Below, in pieces: positions 1 through 10,674 of a stretch of DNA of 54,099 nucleotides. Made by a program: the position numbers and the translations under genes. Positions within the stretch are counted from its first letter, which is position 1. Each line of letters opens with the position of its first letter. Source of the stretch: a virus (Duplodnaviria > Caudoviricetes); the IMG/VR virus record IMGVR_UViG_3300025102_000038, positions 1 to 54,099 of that record; one strand, 5' to 3'. The notes beneath the pieces are model-generated. The model ran no database searches. It saw only the letters and a program-made list of their open reading frames with translations, and had not been told where the DNA came from.

Positions 1-24
1 AATGACAGTACACGGAGATTTAGC

Positions 25-1092
25 ATGAGCAAAGCAGCAGAATTAGCAAACCTTATAGGCAACATCAACGCAGGGGGTGGTGGAGTAAACAGGAATGTCA
101 TCATCAATGGTGCAATGAACGTGGCACAGAGAGGAACGTCAAGCACAGGATTGGGTGCTACAGATGGATATTATACTTGTGATAGGTGGCATCTTGATTT
201 TGCTAGCACAGCAGGACGTTTGACCATGACACAGGATAGCTCTGCACCAGAGGGTTTTGCTAATAGTTTAAAACTAGATTGTACTACAGCAGATACCTCT
301 ATTGCTTCAGGAGAGCAGACAACTTTGCAACATAGGATAGAAGGACAAAATCTACAGATGTTTGCAAAAGGTACATCTAGTGCAAAACCATATGCATTAA
401 GTTTTTATGTAAAAGGCAATGCCAGTGCTACTTACGTGGCTGAATTATTTGATTTAGATAATACTAGAGTAGTGTCAAAATCATTTAGTGTTACAACAGA
501 TTGGGCAAGAGTTGAACTAAGTTTTCCTACGGACACAACAGGAGCATTTGCTGATGACAATGGGCTTTCTCTGATGTTGAATATTTGGTTACACGCAGGT
601 TCTGATTTTACAAGTGGCACATTGGGTACAACTTGGAGTAGTAAGACAGACGCTAACAGAGCCGTAGGTGGAAGTAGTTTCTTTTCAAGCACAGACAACA
701 CCTTCTTCATCACAGGTGTTCAGTTAGAAGTAGGGCAGAACGCAACGAGCTTTGAGCATGAGCCTTTTGAGAGGACATTGACTAAGTGTCAGAGGTATCA
801 TGAAATATTAAGTGTTGTTGCATCAACAAATAGTATGTCTGGTCCTGTAGCAGTTGGGCAAGATATTGCAGGTAGAAAAACAATAGGACCATATTTTTAT
901 AAAACTGAAAAAAGAGCTGCTCCAACTATTGCTAATGTTTCTATAGGTATTGATACAGGAGATACAAATCATACTTTTGTGTTTTCTACAGGAACACGTT
1001 CAACAAGTGGTTCATCAACATCATCTACAAGCATAGGTGAAGCTGATGGACTTGAGAATGATTTTAATATAATAGTAGATGCAGAATTATAG
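25..1092 (+). CDS. tail fibre / receptor-binding-type virion protein
   Basis: NRNVIINGAMNVAQRGTS...DRW and TGVQLEVG...FEH...L.KCQRY motifs typical of marine podovirus fibre domains; S/T/G-rich. Confidence 0.7.
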   Translation: MSKAAELANLIGNINAGGGGVNRNVIINGAMNVAQRGTSSTGLGATDGYYTCDRWHLDFASTAGRLTMTQDSSAPEGFANSLKLDCTTADTSIASGEQTTLQHRIEGQNLQMFAKGTSSAKPYALSFYVKGNASATYVAELFDLDNTRVVSKSFSVTTDWARVELSFPTDTTGAFADDNGLSLMLNIWLHAGSDFTSGTLGTTWSSKTDANRAVGGSSFFSSTDNTFFITGVQLEVGQNATSFEHEPFERTLTKCQRYHEILSVVASTNSMSGPVAVGQDIAGRKTIGPYFYKTEKRAAPTIANVSIGIDTGDTNHTFVFSTGTRSTSGSSTSSTSIGEADGLENDFNIIVDAEL

Positions 1093-1100
1093 GAGTTAAA

Positions 1101-1274
1101 ATGATTGAAGAAGTTATAAAAGATTATGCAAAAGATGGCTCTACCGTAATTAATTATCAAGCAAAAATAAACGGAGCTTGGTATTCTGTACCACTAGACC
1201 CTGCTAACAGACAATACGCAGAGATAATGCAACAAGTAAAGGAAGGCACACTGACTATCAAGGACGCTGAGTAG
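1101..1274 (+). CDS. small tail-fibre-associated protein (57 aa, not in ORF track)
   Basis: AGGAG RBS, MIEEVIKDY...VPLDPANRQYAEIMQQVKEGTLTIKDAE; stop overlaps the next GTG start. Confidence 0.7.
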   Translation: MIEEVIKDYAKDGSTVINYQAKINGAWYSVPLDPANRQYAEIMQQVKEGTLTIKDAE

Positions 1275-1768
1275 TGTTTGACCCAATCACCATATCTGCT
1301 GCAGTCGCAACTGCAAGCACAGCCTTCAACGGAATCAAGAGGGCATTTGCAGCAGGACGAGACTTAGAAGCAATGTCGCAGGACTTGTCACGGTGGATGG
1401 GAGCAGTCAGTGATGTAGACAACGCACACAAGTCAGCCAAGAACCCATCAATGGTTCGTAAGATGTTTGGTGGTGGCAGTATAGAACAGGAAGCCATTGA
1501 AGCGTTTACTGCTAAAAAGAAGCTAGAAGAGCAACGCTATGAGCTAAAACAGTTTTTGATGTTTACCCACGGAAGTAAGTCATGGGACGATTTGCTTGCA
1601 ATGGAAGGGCAGATACGCAAGAGAAGACAGAAAGAAGTATATGACAAGCAAGTGTTCAGAGAAAAGGTTATAACATATGTCGCTGTGGCAGTGGTTCTGG
1701 TTGTTGGCTTTAGTATTCTGGGTACTGTTATATACGGTCTTATGGGGTTCGACAGAGGTTGGTGGTAA
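1274..1768 (+). CDS. conserved phage membrane protein (coiled coil plus C-terminal TM helix)
   Basis: GTG start coupled to upstream stop; C-terminal hydrophobic segment. Confidence 0.7.
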   Translation: MFDPITISAAVATASTAFNGIKRAFAAGRDLEAMSQDLSRWMGAVSDVDNAHKSAKNPSMVRKMFGGGSIEQEAIEAFTAKKKLEEQRYELKQFLMFTHGSKSWDDLLAMEGQIRKRRQKEVYDKQVFREKVITYVAVAVVLVVGFSILGTVIYGLMGFDRGWW

Positions 1769-2144
1769 CTGCGTAAGAAAAGATGGTGGTCAGTACACGT
1801 TTGAGTGGCTTTGTGCAGACAACAGTGGTATAATACACCTAGCACAATCTGACAACATTAAGAACTGCTACACCTGCTTTCTCAAAAGGTTCAGTGACTG
1901 GACATGGGAGCAGGAAATACGGAAAGGCAAACGTGAAGACCCAAAGCACATCACATGCCGTAGATACAAAAGAGTGCAAGCAAAGAACGGACAGCAGGTC
2001 TGTCTGTACAAAGGGGCAAACGATACATACACGCTAGTGGTAGAGGGGAACTGCCCAAATGAGTACCGTTGCAAGTATGACCCAAATGGTCAGCCACCTA
2101 ACATAGATAGTGTTTTAGATTCAATGAATAAGAGTTTTAAGTAA
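1677..2144 (+). CDS. Cys-rich exported protein
   Basis: hydrophobic N-terminus followed by 8 Cys; abuts next gene; start uncertain. Confidence 0.55.
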   Translation: MSLWQWFWLLALVFWVLLYTVLWGSTEVGGNCVRKDGGQYTFEWLCADNSGIIHLAQSDNIKNCYTCFLKRFSDWTWEQEIRKGKREDPKHITCRRYKRVQAKNGQQVCLYKGANDTYTLVVEGNCPNEYRCKYDPNGQPPNIDSVLDSMNKSFK

Positions 2145-2145
2145 T

Positions 2146-2382
2146 ATGGAAATAGACCCAGTAATGTTTTGGAATTTAATTCTAACCCTTGTGATAGCAC
2201 CTGCTATATGGACATTTCGTAATGTAATGATTGAGTTGAAACGCATAGACATACTCCTGAATAAAACGAGAGAAGAGTATGCATCAAGAGCAGAGGTAAA
2301 GCAGGAGATGCATGGAGTGATGGAAGCATTACATAGACTAGAAGATAAACTAGATAGGGTATTAAGTAGAGAGAGCAAATGA
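2146..2382 (+). CDS. small membrane/coiled-coil protein (possible lysis accessory)
   Basis: N-terminal TM helix and coiled coil ending RLEDKLDR. Confidence 0.65.
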   Translation: MEIDPVMFWNLILTLVIAPAIWTFRNVMIELKRIDILLNKTREEYASRAEVKQEMHGVMEALHRLEDKLDRVLSRESK

Positions 2383-4250
2383 TTCAGTTTCAAGGATTTA
2401 AGCCATCAGGCATGGAAAAGATAGCCAATGCTATGGGATTTCAAGGCAACATAAAAGATTTTCAAAAGTTTTTAGAAGACAACCCTGATAGACAAACAGA
2501 GATGATGCGTTATCAAGATGCTGCTAAACAGATGGCAGAGGGTGGTTATATTAAAAAGATGCAGACAGGTGGATCTATAGGAGAGATAACATCTAAAAGA
2601 GTTACTGATCCTAAACTTCCTACACAAGCTGTTGTTGCTCCTGTTGGTGTACCTCAGTCACCCGATCAGCTTATAGATCCTACAGGTTCTCAGTTAGGAA
2701 CTACACCTATGGCAGGTGGGGTAGGAGCTACAACCACTACAGCTACAACTGCACCTCAAAAAGATATAACTAAGTTTGAAGCTGATACAAAATCAGATGA
2801 GGTTCAGGCTACAGCGAGTGCTATAACGGCATCACAGGTAGATCCTACAGATCCTAGAGCAAAAGTAAATGCAGCCGAAGCTACTAAATCAAGTGTATCT
2901 GATTTAAATGCAGCCCAAGGCACAGCTATAAAGCTAGAGAATCCTGTACAAAGACAGATACAAGATGGAGAGATTATATCTGAAGTAGCAAATGCAGAGA
3001 AAGCATCTAAGTTTACAGAACAGATACAAGCTGCAGAAGCTACCCCATCAACACAAGCTACCGTACAAGGACAGTTAGCTAATCTTACAGCTAACTTTGA
3101 TGCTACTAACCCACCTGCTTGGGCAGCAGGGGCTTTAAGAGGTGTGCAAGCTATGATGGCACAGCGAGGATTAGGTGCATCTAGCATGGCAGGACAAGCT
3201 CTTGTACAGGCAGCAATGGAATCAGCCCTGCCAATAGCACAGGCAGATGCTCAAACCATAGCATCGTTTGAAGCACAAAACTTATCTAACAGACAGCAAA
3301 GAGCAATGCTTGCTGCCCAACAACGTGCTACCTTTATGGGCATGGAGTTTGATCAAGGATTTCAAGCAAGAGTGCAGAATGCATCTCGTATTGCTGACAT
3401 AGCCAACATGAACTTTAATGCAGATCAACAGATAGCATTAGAGAATAGTCGTATGGCTAACACCATGAACCTCAACAATCTTACAAATAGACAAGCATTA
3501 GTCATGGCAGAAGCAAGTGCTTTGGCTAACTTAGATATGTCTAACTTAAATAATAGACAACAGGCAGCGGTAATGAATGCACAGTCATTCCTACAAAGAG
3601 ATATGGCTAACATGTCTAATAAACAACAGGTAGAAATGTTTAGAGGACAGCAGGTAATACAATCTTTGTTCACTGATCAGGCTGCAGAAAATGCAGCAAG
3701 ACAGTTTAATGCTACAAGTCAGAATCAAGTGGATCAGTTCTTTGCACAGCTATCTACACAGACATCACAGTTCAATGCATCACAAGCTAATGCACATGCA
3801 CAATTCAACGCAGGTGAATCTAATGCACTGTCTAAGTTTAACTCAGAAATGCAGAATCAACGTGATCAATTCAATGCAAAGAATAGACTTATAATAGATC
3901 AGAACAATGCACAGTGGAGGAGAGAGATAGCCACAGCCGATACTACAGCCTTAAATAGAGCTAACGAACTAAATGCTACTGCCTTGCTAAATATATCTAA
4001 TAGTGCCTATAATAATTTATGGCAGTATTATGGTGATATTATGGACATGGCTTGGGAAAGCACAGAGAACGAAAGAGAACGTGTTGTAAAGATGGCTATT
4101 GCACAGTTGAATGCTGACACAAACAGAGAACTAGGTGAGATGAAAAATGACTATGACTCATCCTTTGGTTTTGGTAGCCTAATTGGTACATTCTTGAGTG
4201 CAGGTAAAGATAGTGTCGTTGGATCTTTGTTTGGTCTAGGAGGAACATAA
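2379..4250 (+). CDS. internal virion (ejection) protein, Q/N/A-rich
   Basis: QFNA/NLSNRQQ-type repeats, helical composition, N-terminal MAEGG/MQTGG motifs, position after tail genes. Confidence 0.65.
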   Translation: MIQFQGFKPSGMEKIANAMGFQGNIKDFQKFLEDNPDRQTEMMRYQDAAKQMAEGGYIKKMQTGGSIGEITSKRVTDPKLPTQAVVAPVGVPQSPDQLIDPTGSQLGTTPMAGGVGATTTTATTAPQKDITKFEADTKSDEVQATASAITASQVDPTDPRAKVNAAEATKSSVSDLNAAQGTAIKLENPVQRQIQDGEIISEVANAEKASKFTEQIQAAEATPSTQATVQGQLANLTANFDATNPPAWAAGALRGVQAMMAQRGLGASSMAGQALVQAAMESALPIAQADAQTIASFEAQNLSNRQQRAMLAAQQRATFMGMEFDQGFQARVQNASRIADIANMNFNADQQIALENSRMANTMNLNNLTNRQALVMAEASALANLDMSNLNNRQQAAVMNAQSFLQRDMANMSNKQQVEMFRGQQVIQSLFTDQAAENAARQFNATSQNQVDQFFAQLSTQTSQFNASQANAHAQFNAGESNALSKFNSEMQNQRDQFNAKNRLIIDQNNAQWRREIATADTTALNRANELNATALLNISNSAYNNLWQYYGDIMDMAWESTENERERVVKMAIAQLNADTNRELGEMKNDYDSSFGFGSLIGTFLSAGKDSVVGSLFGLGGT

Positions 4251-4251
4251 T

Positions 4252-4473
4252 ATGACTTATAACCCAACAAACCCTGTTGCTGATGCTATGCAAGGTGTTG
4301 AAGCAATGCTAAAAAGAAAACCTGTAAAAATGGAAACTAAAAGAACAGGTATGCTTTCTAAGAGAACCCCATCTATGCAAAATAATATGGACGAGGACAA
4401 GGCAACCATAGCCATGTATGTACAAACCATAAGAGATGTAATAGAAGAGAACAAAAACAATGAGAAAACCTGA
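4252..4473 (+). CDS. hypothetical protein
   Basis: 73-aa ORF in tight operon with AGGAGG RBS. Confidence 0.6.
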   Translation: MTYNPTNPVADAMQGVEAMLKRKPVKMETKRTGMLSKRTPSMQNNMDEDKATIAMYVQTIRDVIEENKNNEKT

Positions 4474-4966
4474 ACCACAAGTTGATGCCCCGATTCCCGG
4501 ACAAAGCTTAACTGCACCTCTGGGTGGTAGACCTTGGCAACAACCACCACAATACGATACCGTAGAAGAAGCACTAGAATACTACGTTCCAAAGATGACA
4601 GACAGAGGATTTGTAAAGAAGCTGTTGACCATCATGGAGCTTGGTATACCTTTGACTACTATTGCTAACTCAATACAAACTGCTTCTGTAATGGAAGGCA
4701 AGCACAGCATAGATATAGGAGTTCTTGCTGCCCCTATACTTGTAGAGCTAATGAAAAATATAGGTGAAGCAAACGAGGTAAGTTACGTAGTGGGTACAGG
4801 GCAAGATGACATGAAAGACAGAGCAAGTATAGCTTTAGCTAATAAGAAAGGTGACATAAATTTATCAGATGAACCTGTGGCTGATGTACCTGTAGAAAAA
4901 GTTGAAGAGGTAGAACCCGAAGAAGAATTAAAAGGATTGATGGCAAGAAGGAGTAACGCACAATGA
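4460..4966 (+). CDS. conserved virion-associated protein
   Basis: DAPIPGQSLT...PWQQPPQY motif; acidic tail ending GLMARR. Confidence 0.65.
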   Translation: MRKPEPQVDAPIPGQSLTAPLGGRPWQQPPQYDTVEEALEYYVPKMTDRGFVKKLLTIMELGIPLTTIANSIQTASVMEGKHSIDIGVLAAPILVELMKNIGEANEVSYVVGTGQDDMKDRASIALANKKGDINLSDEPVADVPVEKVEEVEPEEELKGLMARRSNAQ

Positions 4967-6309
4967 GTTTAGGTGGATTTGCAGGTGGTATGGCATCAGC
5001 TTTTCAGAAGGCTATTGATAGAGAGCAAGAAGAAAAGATGGAAGCAAAAAGAGAAAAGGCAGCACAGCTACGTCAGGCTGCATCTTTTGCTCACTCTGAA
5101 AAGCTATACACTCGTAGGCTTATGGACGATGAAAGAAAGAGCCTTAGAGAAACAGAGCAAGGACTAAAAGCATTATTTGGATCAGGTCCTGACTCTTTAC
5201 CTTATGTGCAAGCATGGATGGGAATGGGTGGTGCAGGTATAGAACAGTTAAAAGAATTAAAAGAATTTGCCAAAGAAAAAAGAGTGCCATTTAAATCTTA
5301 CTTAGATCTGAGCTATCCTATAAACGATGAGACAGGGGAGTTGTTTACTCAAGAAAATTATGGTGCTATAAATTTAAATAACACCATAGAAACAATGATA
5401 AAGAGAAGGGTTGGCGATGATCCAAACGCAGCATTTGTTCGACCACAAATAGGTGGTGTAATAAAAGATTATGAAAAAGACTATTCTATATATAATCTGT
5501 CCTATGATGAAGTTAACGTAGAAATAGCAAGAGTCATGGATAACATTTCATTAGCAGAACAAGATAATAGCCCTGCGTTAGAGCTTAATAAAGAATTAGA
5601 AAATCTTAGAGCTTGGAGAAAAACTATATTAAGGAATAAAAGAGATATGGCTATAAACCAAGAGACAGCAGGAGATTCTGCTTCTGCTAAGAATGTTGTA
5701 AGAAGAGATGTTAACTCTTTATTAGACTCAGCTATACCTGATTCTAATATGAAACTAGGACTTGAAGCAGGAACTTTTTTAACTATGGAGGGTGATAGAA
5801 ATAGATATATAGATGCCTTTAACAGAGTCATAACAGAAATGGGTGATCCACAGGGGGGTATATATAGCGTCTATAAAGAGGGACAAAGAGAAGGTGTTAG
5901 TGGTGTAACACTTTTTAATGCTGCTTTAATACAGATGAACACAGTCGTATCAAGAAAAAATAGTTTAATGGAGCAAATGATTTCAGAATCCAAAGCAATG
6001 GACATTACAGGAACAGATGCAATTAGAGTTATAACAAAAACTTATGATCCAGAAAATAAAGATATTCATAATGATAAAATTGGAAAAGTTATAGCGATTC
6101 AATATGATGCAGAAGCAACACCTACGTATAAAATATTAAAGGGTATTAATCCTGCAAAGGCAACGGATGAAGCTGCGGCTAGAGCCAAAGCCAAACAAAT
6201 ACATGGTGATAACTACACTGAAAAACAATGGATTGCAGAATATAATCCATACGGAATGTTTTTTTACAAACAAAGTTCTAGGTTTACCATAGATGGTCCG
6301 GGTAAATAG
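4963..6309 (+). CDS. probable internal virion protein
   Basis: Gly-rich amphipathic N-terminus (MSLGGFAGGMASAF) then coiled coil; operon position. Confidence 0.6.
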   Translation: MSLGGFAGGMASAFQKAIDREQEEKMEAKREKAAQLRQAASFAHSEKLYTRRLMDDERKSLRETEQGLKALFGSGPDSLPYVQAWMGMGGAGIEQLKELKEFAKEKRVPFKSYLDLSYPINDETGELFTQENYGAINLNNTIETMIKRRVGDDPNAAFVRPQIGGVIKDYEKDYSIYNLSYDEVNVEIARVMDNISLAEQDNSPALELNKELENLRAWRKTILRNKRDMAINQETAGDSASAKNVVRRDVNSLLDSAIPDSNMKLGLEAGTFLTMEGDRNRYIDAFNRVITEMGDPQGGIYSVYKEGQREGVSGVTLFNAALIQMNTVVSRKNSLMEQMISESKAMDITGTDAIRVITKTYDPENKDIHNDKIGKVIAIQYDAEATPTYKILKGINPAKATDEAAARAKAKQIHGDNYTEKQWIAEYNPYGMFFYKQSSRFTIDGPGK

Positions 6310-6320
6310 GTATATAACAC

Positions 6321-9300
6321 ATGGATGAAGAAGATTTCAAAATGGATTACAACATAGGGGGTCTGGACACTAAAGAACAGACAGACACAAATACTAATGT
6401 TGTAGATGATGATGACGAAGACTTTAAAATGGATTACAATATGGGTGCTGATGAGGAAGCTCCCTCTAATCAGAACTCTAGTCACATCAAAGATACTTCC
6501 CAAAATAGCACAAATGAACATTTAACTGATAACGATCAAGTTCCTAATGTAGAGGTTGACGTAGATAAAAATCGTAGCCTGTTAGATTTAGGTGTTGATG
6601 GTGTAAAGTATACAGCCAAGTATGCACCACCAGATATGGCTAATTTTGCTACGTCACCAAGAGAGTGGTCATCTATACCAAAAGGCATGACCGCAGCTGC
6701 ATCAAATATCATGGAGTTTTTAGGAGATTTAGATCAGGCTAGTTATAAACTTTTTGGAGTGTGGACTTGGGGTGGTGATGGAGATAATAAATGGGAGTTT
6801 ACAGATGTATTGCCACAGTGGGTAGCTCCTTGGAGAACAGAAGAATTAAAAAAATATTACAAAGAGGAAAATAAAAGAGGTCACACATTTCATGCACTAG
6901 CTAATGCTTTTGATAAATCACAAGAAGTATTTCCAGAGGAGTACGAAACAGGAACTGCAGGGTTTACTTTTGAAGCATCTAGATTTTTAACAGGACTAAA
7001 AGGAATAGAAAAAACTTTTAAAATAACAAAAGCAAATAAGTTTTTTTCTAAAGACAGATTTAAAAATATGCTGTCTGGAGAAGCCTTAACAGGATATATT
7101 ATTTTTGGTAAAGACGATGAAGGTCTTGGAGATATGTTAAAACTTGCAGGACTTAATATACCTGAAGCTCTTACTCAGTCTGGTTGGGATGACACAAATG
7201 ATGAAGTATGGGTTAGAAGAGCATTAGGAGCAGTAGAAGGTATATTTACAGGAGCTTTACTAGACAGTGAATTGTATAAAGGCATTGGGAGTGTAGTAAA
7301 ATTAGTTAAAGGCAAAGAAAAAGCCATAAAAGAAAAAGTAAAAACTGGCACAATATCTGATGAAACTAACAAAGAGATAGACGATGCTATGGAAGAGATA
7401 GAAAGTATTGATGTAGAAAAAGGTGTTGAGCAAGCTAAAACTTGGAAGTTAAAAGATGACACTGTGTCACAAGCTAGAAAAAGAATAGAGAAGGCACAGA
7501 ATGCCACAGCAAACAGAACTAACATGCAAAGAATGAACAACGAGCAAGTTGTAAATAAGAACGTAGGCTACTACAATAATCTTGTCCGTGAGTTTGAGGA
7601 GAACCTATCCATAAATAAAAATAACGGTTTGAAAAGAGGGGACGATGGATTCTTCACAATCTCTAATATGGAGAACAATAAATTAGTAATAGACAAAGAT
7701 AAAATTACTAGACTAAGAAAACAAATTCTTACAGCTAAAGAAGAAAAACAAAAGTATTCACTTTCAGGACAGATAGCAGCCAGATCTACCATAGAAGGTT
7801 ATGAGATGGGTGAGGGTTCTATTGATTACATACTTGACCCTGATCAGATAGGTAACATTACAGCAGACGAACTAGATGCTCTGTCTACAAGGGTGTTAGA
7901 CACAGAAAATATAGAAGCTCTTACAACTGTGGCTGTTGAGTTAAAGAATGCCTATCCTAATAAATGGAAAAATAACCAGTCCGTTATGGAAAACATATTC
8001 CGTTTATCTACAATGAATGAATTGACTATAGCAAAAGACCATCCCTTATGGCAAGCTTTAGACAAGGCAGGTATGTCCTTTGAAGATTTTGTAACAGCAC
8101 ATCTAGGATCTGCATCAGAAGCAGGTAGAACTCTACAGAAATATTCCACTTTGTCAAAAAGACTAAAACCAAAAACACAAAAACAACGACAAGATAATAT
8201 GATAAAGAGACAGGGTTGGTTTGGTACATACTTTAGACGAGTAGAAAATATAAGACGAGGTCTTCTTGTATCACAGATAGCAACTGCTGCAAGAAACCTA
8301 GAGTCAGGGCTAATAAGATCTCCTGTAGAGTCTCTAAATAATATAATAGAAGTTGGGTTACAAGACATAGCACAAGGCAAGTTTTTTGCAAACAATAGAG
8401 TATTTCAAAGAACAACATGGCAAGACAGCTTTGCTAACCTACGGTACATATACTCTGACAGAGAGCTTGCAAAAGGCTTTACTGATATACTATTAAATCA
8501 ACCTGAGTTACAAAAGTTTAACAATCAAATGTTTAATACGATCAATGAGATACAGGTATCAACAGGTAGAGGATCAGGCACTGCTACAGACAAAGTTCTA
8601 TCTAAGATGGAAGACTTTACACTAGCCTTGAATGCACCTAACAGATGGCAAGACTTCTTGTTGAGAAGAGCAACATTCTTAGGAGAAGCCCGAAGACTGT
8701 TTAGACAGAAGATGGGTGTAGATTTAATTGAGGAGTTGGAGAACGGTAGATTAAAAGATCTGTTGCGTGATGCCAAGGATTTAAATAAGACACTAGATCA
8801 AGAAGATGGTGGGGTGTCAGCTATAGAATTATTTGCAGAAGCAACAGAGAGAGCTTTAGATCTAACTTATTCCTCTGCACCAGAAGTGCCACTAAATAAA
8901 TCCATAGCATCTTTTATTGTAAATAATAATCTTACTGTGTTTGTTCCTTTCCCACGGTTTATGTTCAAGAGTATGGAACTCATGGCTGAGAACTCTGCAG
9001 GTGCTTTGATAGTCCCTATCAGAAGAATGATACCTGAGTCTTTGGGTGGGCAAAAGGGTGGTCTTACTCAACGTGACTACAGAATGATATCTCGTAACTT
9101 AACAGGTGGCTCTGCTATAATGGCAGCAACCTATTTGCAGACTCAGAAAGAAGAGGGAGAGGATTATAAACTATTGAAGCTAGATGATGGCACTATGATA
9201 GATACTACTCCTCTGTTTCCATTACGACAGTTTATGTTCTTGGGTAAAATAGGCAGAGAGTTTTGGAGAGCTACATATGATGTAGGTGAAGGAGCTGCAG

Positions 9301-10331
9301 CAAAAGAAGCTTTCTTTGAAACATTCCCTCTAAGAGAAGCTCTTGAAACATTTGCAGGTTCTAATTTTAGAACTGGTGTAGCAGGTAATTTTGTAGATGA
9401 GTTTGCAAAACTACTTACAGAACAAGATGTAACACAGGGAGAAAGACTTACTGATGCAGGTGTGGCTGCTTTTTCAGAATACCTTGCATCTTGGGCAGTG
9501 CCTATGAACCAAGTTATAGATGCACAAAGAGCTTTAGAAGCTAGAGGTACAGTCTATAAAGAGACTTCTAAAGATCCTGAAATTTTAAATTTGGGTAGCA
9601 CTGCTTTAGAAGCATTTACAAAACCTTTTAGAAGACTAGACCCAACAGGTATATTAGTTAATGAAGAAGAGTTACCTGTAAAAGAAGATATATTCCAAGA
9701 GACAAAAGAACGTAAAGGATCTTTATACAAAGTTCTTACTGGTATAAATATGTATAGTGAAGAAAGTGATGTAGGTAAAAAACTTATATCTTTGGGTCTG
9801 ACCAAGTGGGATCTACAAAGTAAATCAAAGATACCTACAATAAAAAATTATGAGAACAAAATTATAAGAGAAAACTTAGATAAGGTACTGGCAGTAGCAG
9901 AAAGATATGCTGACATTGCAGGTAGAGAGTATGAAAGCAGAAGGGATGAGTTGTCCTCAGGATTCTTTGGGGGTATCAGCAAAAAGAAATTTGTAAACAT
10001 GCGAATAAAAGATCAAGTAATAAAGCAAGTAGATAGCCTAAGAGGAGATCCTAGAAATCTGTCTGTTATTGATGACAAGAGTAAAAGAATAGACTTGTTT
10101 TTACAGAGAGAGTATAGAAGGCTACCTACAAATGTAAAAACACAAGCCTATTATAAATTTAAAGGAAGGTATGACAGATTTCCGTTTGCCTTTACTAAAG
10201 ACTACTTTAGATCTCGATATCAAAACTATGATACATACACACAGGAGCAGAAGGATAGGGTGAAAGCTAGAGAAAAACAAAGAGATTTAAATAACCTAAC
10301 TGCCATTGGTAAATACATAGCAGGTCAATAA
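6321..10331 (+). CDS. large internal virion/ejection protein (1336 aa)
   Basis: size, helical composition, last gene of the structural arm, FVPFPRF motif. Confidence 0.65.
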   Translation: MDEEDFKMDYNIGGLDTKEQTDTNTNVVDDDDEDFKMDYNMGADEEAPSNQNSSHIKDTSQNSTNEHLTDNDQVPNVEVDVDKNRSLLDLGVDGVKYTAKYAPPDMANFATSPREWSSIPKGMTAAASNIMEFLGDLDQASYKLFGVWTWGGDGDNKWEFTDVLPQWVAPWRTEELKKYYKEENKRGHTFHALANAFDKSQEVFPEEYETGTAGFTFEASRFLTGLKGIEKTFKITKANKFFSKDRFKNMLSGEALTGYIIFGKDDEGLGDMLKLAGLNIPEALTQSGWDDTNDEVWVRRALGAVEGIFTGALLDSELYKGIGSVVKLVKGKEKAIKEKVKTGTISDETNKEIDDAMEEIESIDVEKGVEQAKTWKLKDDTVSQARKRIEKAQNATANRTNMQRMNNEQVVNKNVGYYNNLVREFEENLSINKNNGLKRGDDGFFTISNMENNKLVIDKDKITRLRKQILTAKEEKQKYSLSGQIAARSTIEGYEMGEGSIDYILDPDQIGNITADELDALSTRVLDTENIEALTTVAVELKNAYPNKWKNNQSVMENIFRLSTMNELTIAKDHPLWQALDKAGMSFEDFVTAHLGSASEAGRTLQKYSTLSKRLKPKTQKQRQDNMIKRQGWFGTYFRRVENIRRGLLVSQIATAARNLESGLIRSPVESLNNIIEVGLQDIAQGKFFANNRVFQRTTWQDSFANLRYIYSDRELAKGFTDILLNQPELQKFNNQMFNTINEIQVSTGRGSGTATDKVLSKMEDFTLALNAPNRWQDFLLRRATFLGEARRLFRQKMGVDLIEELENGRLKDLLRDAKDLNKTLDQEDGGVSAIELFAEATERALDLTYSSAPEVPLNKSIASFIVNNNLTVFVPFPRFMFKSMELMAENSAGALIVPIRRMIPESLGGQKGGLTQRDYRMISRNLTGGSAIMAATYLQTQKEEGEDYKLLKLDDGTMIDTTPLFPLRQFMFLGKIGREFWRATYDVGEGAAAKEAFFETFPLREALETFAGSNFRTGVAGNFVDEFAKLLTEQDVTQGERLTDAGVAAFSEYLASWAVPMNQVIDAQRALEARGTVYKETSKDPEILNLGSTALEAFTKPFRRLDPTGILVNEEELPVKEDIFQETKERKGSLYKVLTGINMYSEESDVGKKLISLGLTKWDLQSKSKIPTIKNYENKIIRENLDKVLAVAERYADIAGREYESRRDELSSGFFGGISKKKFVNMRIKDQVIKQVDSLRGDPRNLSVIDDKSKRIDLFLQREYRRLPTNVKTQAYYKFKGRYDRFPFAFTKDYFRSRYQNYDTYTQEQKDRVKAREKQRDLNNLTAIGKYIAGQ

Positions 10332-10480
10332 CGCTTCTTCATCTTCTCCATGTGATCATGCACTTGAGCCAGTAACTTCTTTAGCTCGTTGCAAACCTGC
10401 GTAAGAACCTTAATAGTATCATGGTCTTTGTTGATTTCTTTTCTGTCCATGAAAGCTTTTGCTTCTTTTTCTAATTCCAT
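10325..10480 (-). CDS. hypothetical protein (51 aa, MELEKEAK start)
   Basis: GAGGT RBS before ATG at 10480; last gene of the minus arm. Confidence 0.5.
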   Translation of the reverse strand: MELEKEAKAFMDRKEINKDHDTIKVLTQVCNELKKLLAQVHDHMEKMKKRY

Positions 10481-10673
10481 CTCTACCTCTATGTATATTA
10501 TCGTAATAGGCTGTGTTAAAGCCACGTTCCCACTCTCTATGTAGCATAGTGTCGGAACTATAGGGGTTGCGAATCTTTCCATAAACAAATGCATCGTAAC
10601 CTTTCATCCACTGTATCTTCAGTGGTGCATCATGTTTACCCAAACCTCTCTCTTTTCTAGATAAGTGTCTCAT
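10419..10673 (-). CDS. ribosome modulation factor-like small protein
   Basis: GY.A...G...NPY.......W.RG pattern resembles the RMF family. Confidence 0.45.
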   Translation of the reverse strand: MRHLSRKERGLGKHDAPLKIQWMKGYDAFVYGKIRNPYSSDTMLHREWERGFNTAYYDNIHRGRDGIRKRSKSFHGQKRNQQRP

Positions 10674-10674
10674 A

